Positions 42,264 to 42,411 of a DNA stretch of 42,411 bases are shown one piece after another. Origin of the DNA: Acidimicrobiia bacterium (GTDB lineage: Bacteria > Actinomycetota > Acidimicrobiia > Spongiisociales > UBA4744); the NCBI GenBank assembly GCA_024763085.1, contig JANTGE010000002.1, forward strand, positions 1 through 42,411. Reading direction: 5' to 3'. The translations under genes were made by a program, and so were the position numbers. Within the stretch, counting starts at the first letter, position 1; every line of letters begins with the position of its first letter. The notes under the pieces are model-generated. The model was given only the letters and a program-made list of their open reading frames with translations. It ran no database searches and was not told the origin of the DNA.

Positions 42264-42411
42264 ATGGATAAGATCGCATACCTTCGTGAACAACTCGACG
42301 AATTGAAGCGGCAAGGTCTCTACAACACGATCCGCCACATCGACAGCCCACAGGGGGCGTGGTTGGTCGTCGACGGCAAACGGGTGTTGAACTTCTGCTC
42401 GAACAACTACC
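42264..42411 (+). CDS. kbl: Glycine C-acetyltransferase (2-amino-3-ketobutyrate CoA ligase), 3'-partial at window edge
   Basis: [58 protein letters not shown] matches the Kbl N-terminus pattern. Confidence 0.88.
   Translation, partial: MDKIAYLREQLDELKRQGLYNTIRHIDSPQGAWLVVDGKRVLNFCSNNY

Noticed and set aside
39789-42265. Long minus-strand ORFs 39789..40991 (400 aa) and 41147..42265 (372 aa)
   Set aside because: Antisense shadows of asnA and tdh, both of which have clear family signatures. The shadow products are low-complexity (R/G/V/H/D-rich).
1-42411. Mobile elements, prophage, CRISPR, rRNA or tRNA anywhere in the window
   Set aside because: No transposase, integrase or recombinase-like ORF was seen. 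There are no terminal inverted repeats, no spaced repeat arrays and no tRNA-like T-arm (GGTTCGAAT-type) sequences in intergenic regions. This check was by eye only, so short or degenerate elements could have been missed.

Overview
This is a high-GC window (about 65% by eye) with long, tightly packed and often overlapping genes, typical of an Actinomycetota-like chromosome, possibly Acidimicrobiia-like. All calls were made by eye from the ORF track and the raw sequence; no searches were run. I support about 44 protein-coding genes. I found no rRNA, tRNA, CRISPR array, transposase or integrase.

Gene content:
- nt 1747-17996 form a dense cell-envelope and lipid cluster. It holds a PepSY protein, an OmpR-type response regulator with its histidine kinase, an MprF-like (DUF2156) aminoacyl-phosphatidylglycerol synthase-domain protein, a rhomboid-like protein and a DUF4405-like protein. 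It also holds a PAP2-LssY_C phosphatase, a DedA-PAP2 fusion, a four-gene MacB-type ABC module (lipoprotein, peptidoglycan-binding HlyD-like adaptor, ATPase, FtsX permease), a second DedA and a membrane GT2.
- The remainder is mostly housekeeping or accessory metabolism: nitrilase, GH13_18 sugar phosphorylase, M19 dipeptidase, methyltransferase, FAD oxidoreductase, APH-type kinase, alpha/beta hydrolase, SDR, M15 peptidase, class II RNR nrdJ, epimerase, asnA, tdh and kbl.
- Also present are an ECF sigma/anti-sigma/lipoprotein module, a TipAL-like MerR regulator, and a VapC(PIN)/CcdA-like toxin-antitoxin pair.

Most interesting observations:
1. An AhpD/CMD-family 'peroxidase-related' gene is interrupted by an in-frame TGA exactly at the second Cys of its CxxC motif. 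A GC hairpin begins 11 nt downstream. This is a candidate selenocysteine (CxxU) recoding event, or alternatively a nonsense pseudogene.
2. A 76/75-nt tandem duplication lies in the divergent control region between the ABC operon and the DedA-GT2 pair. It is non-coding and has a perfectly conserved 44-nt core.
3. The envelope cluster as a whole is a candidate two-component-controlled lipid-carrier and membrane-remodelling (antimicrobial-resistance-like) system, with three DedA/PAP2 modules.
4. The conserved region 2.1 of the ECF sigma gene lies upstream of any canonical start codon.

Many long antisense ORFs in the track are GC-driven shadow ORFs and were rejected.
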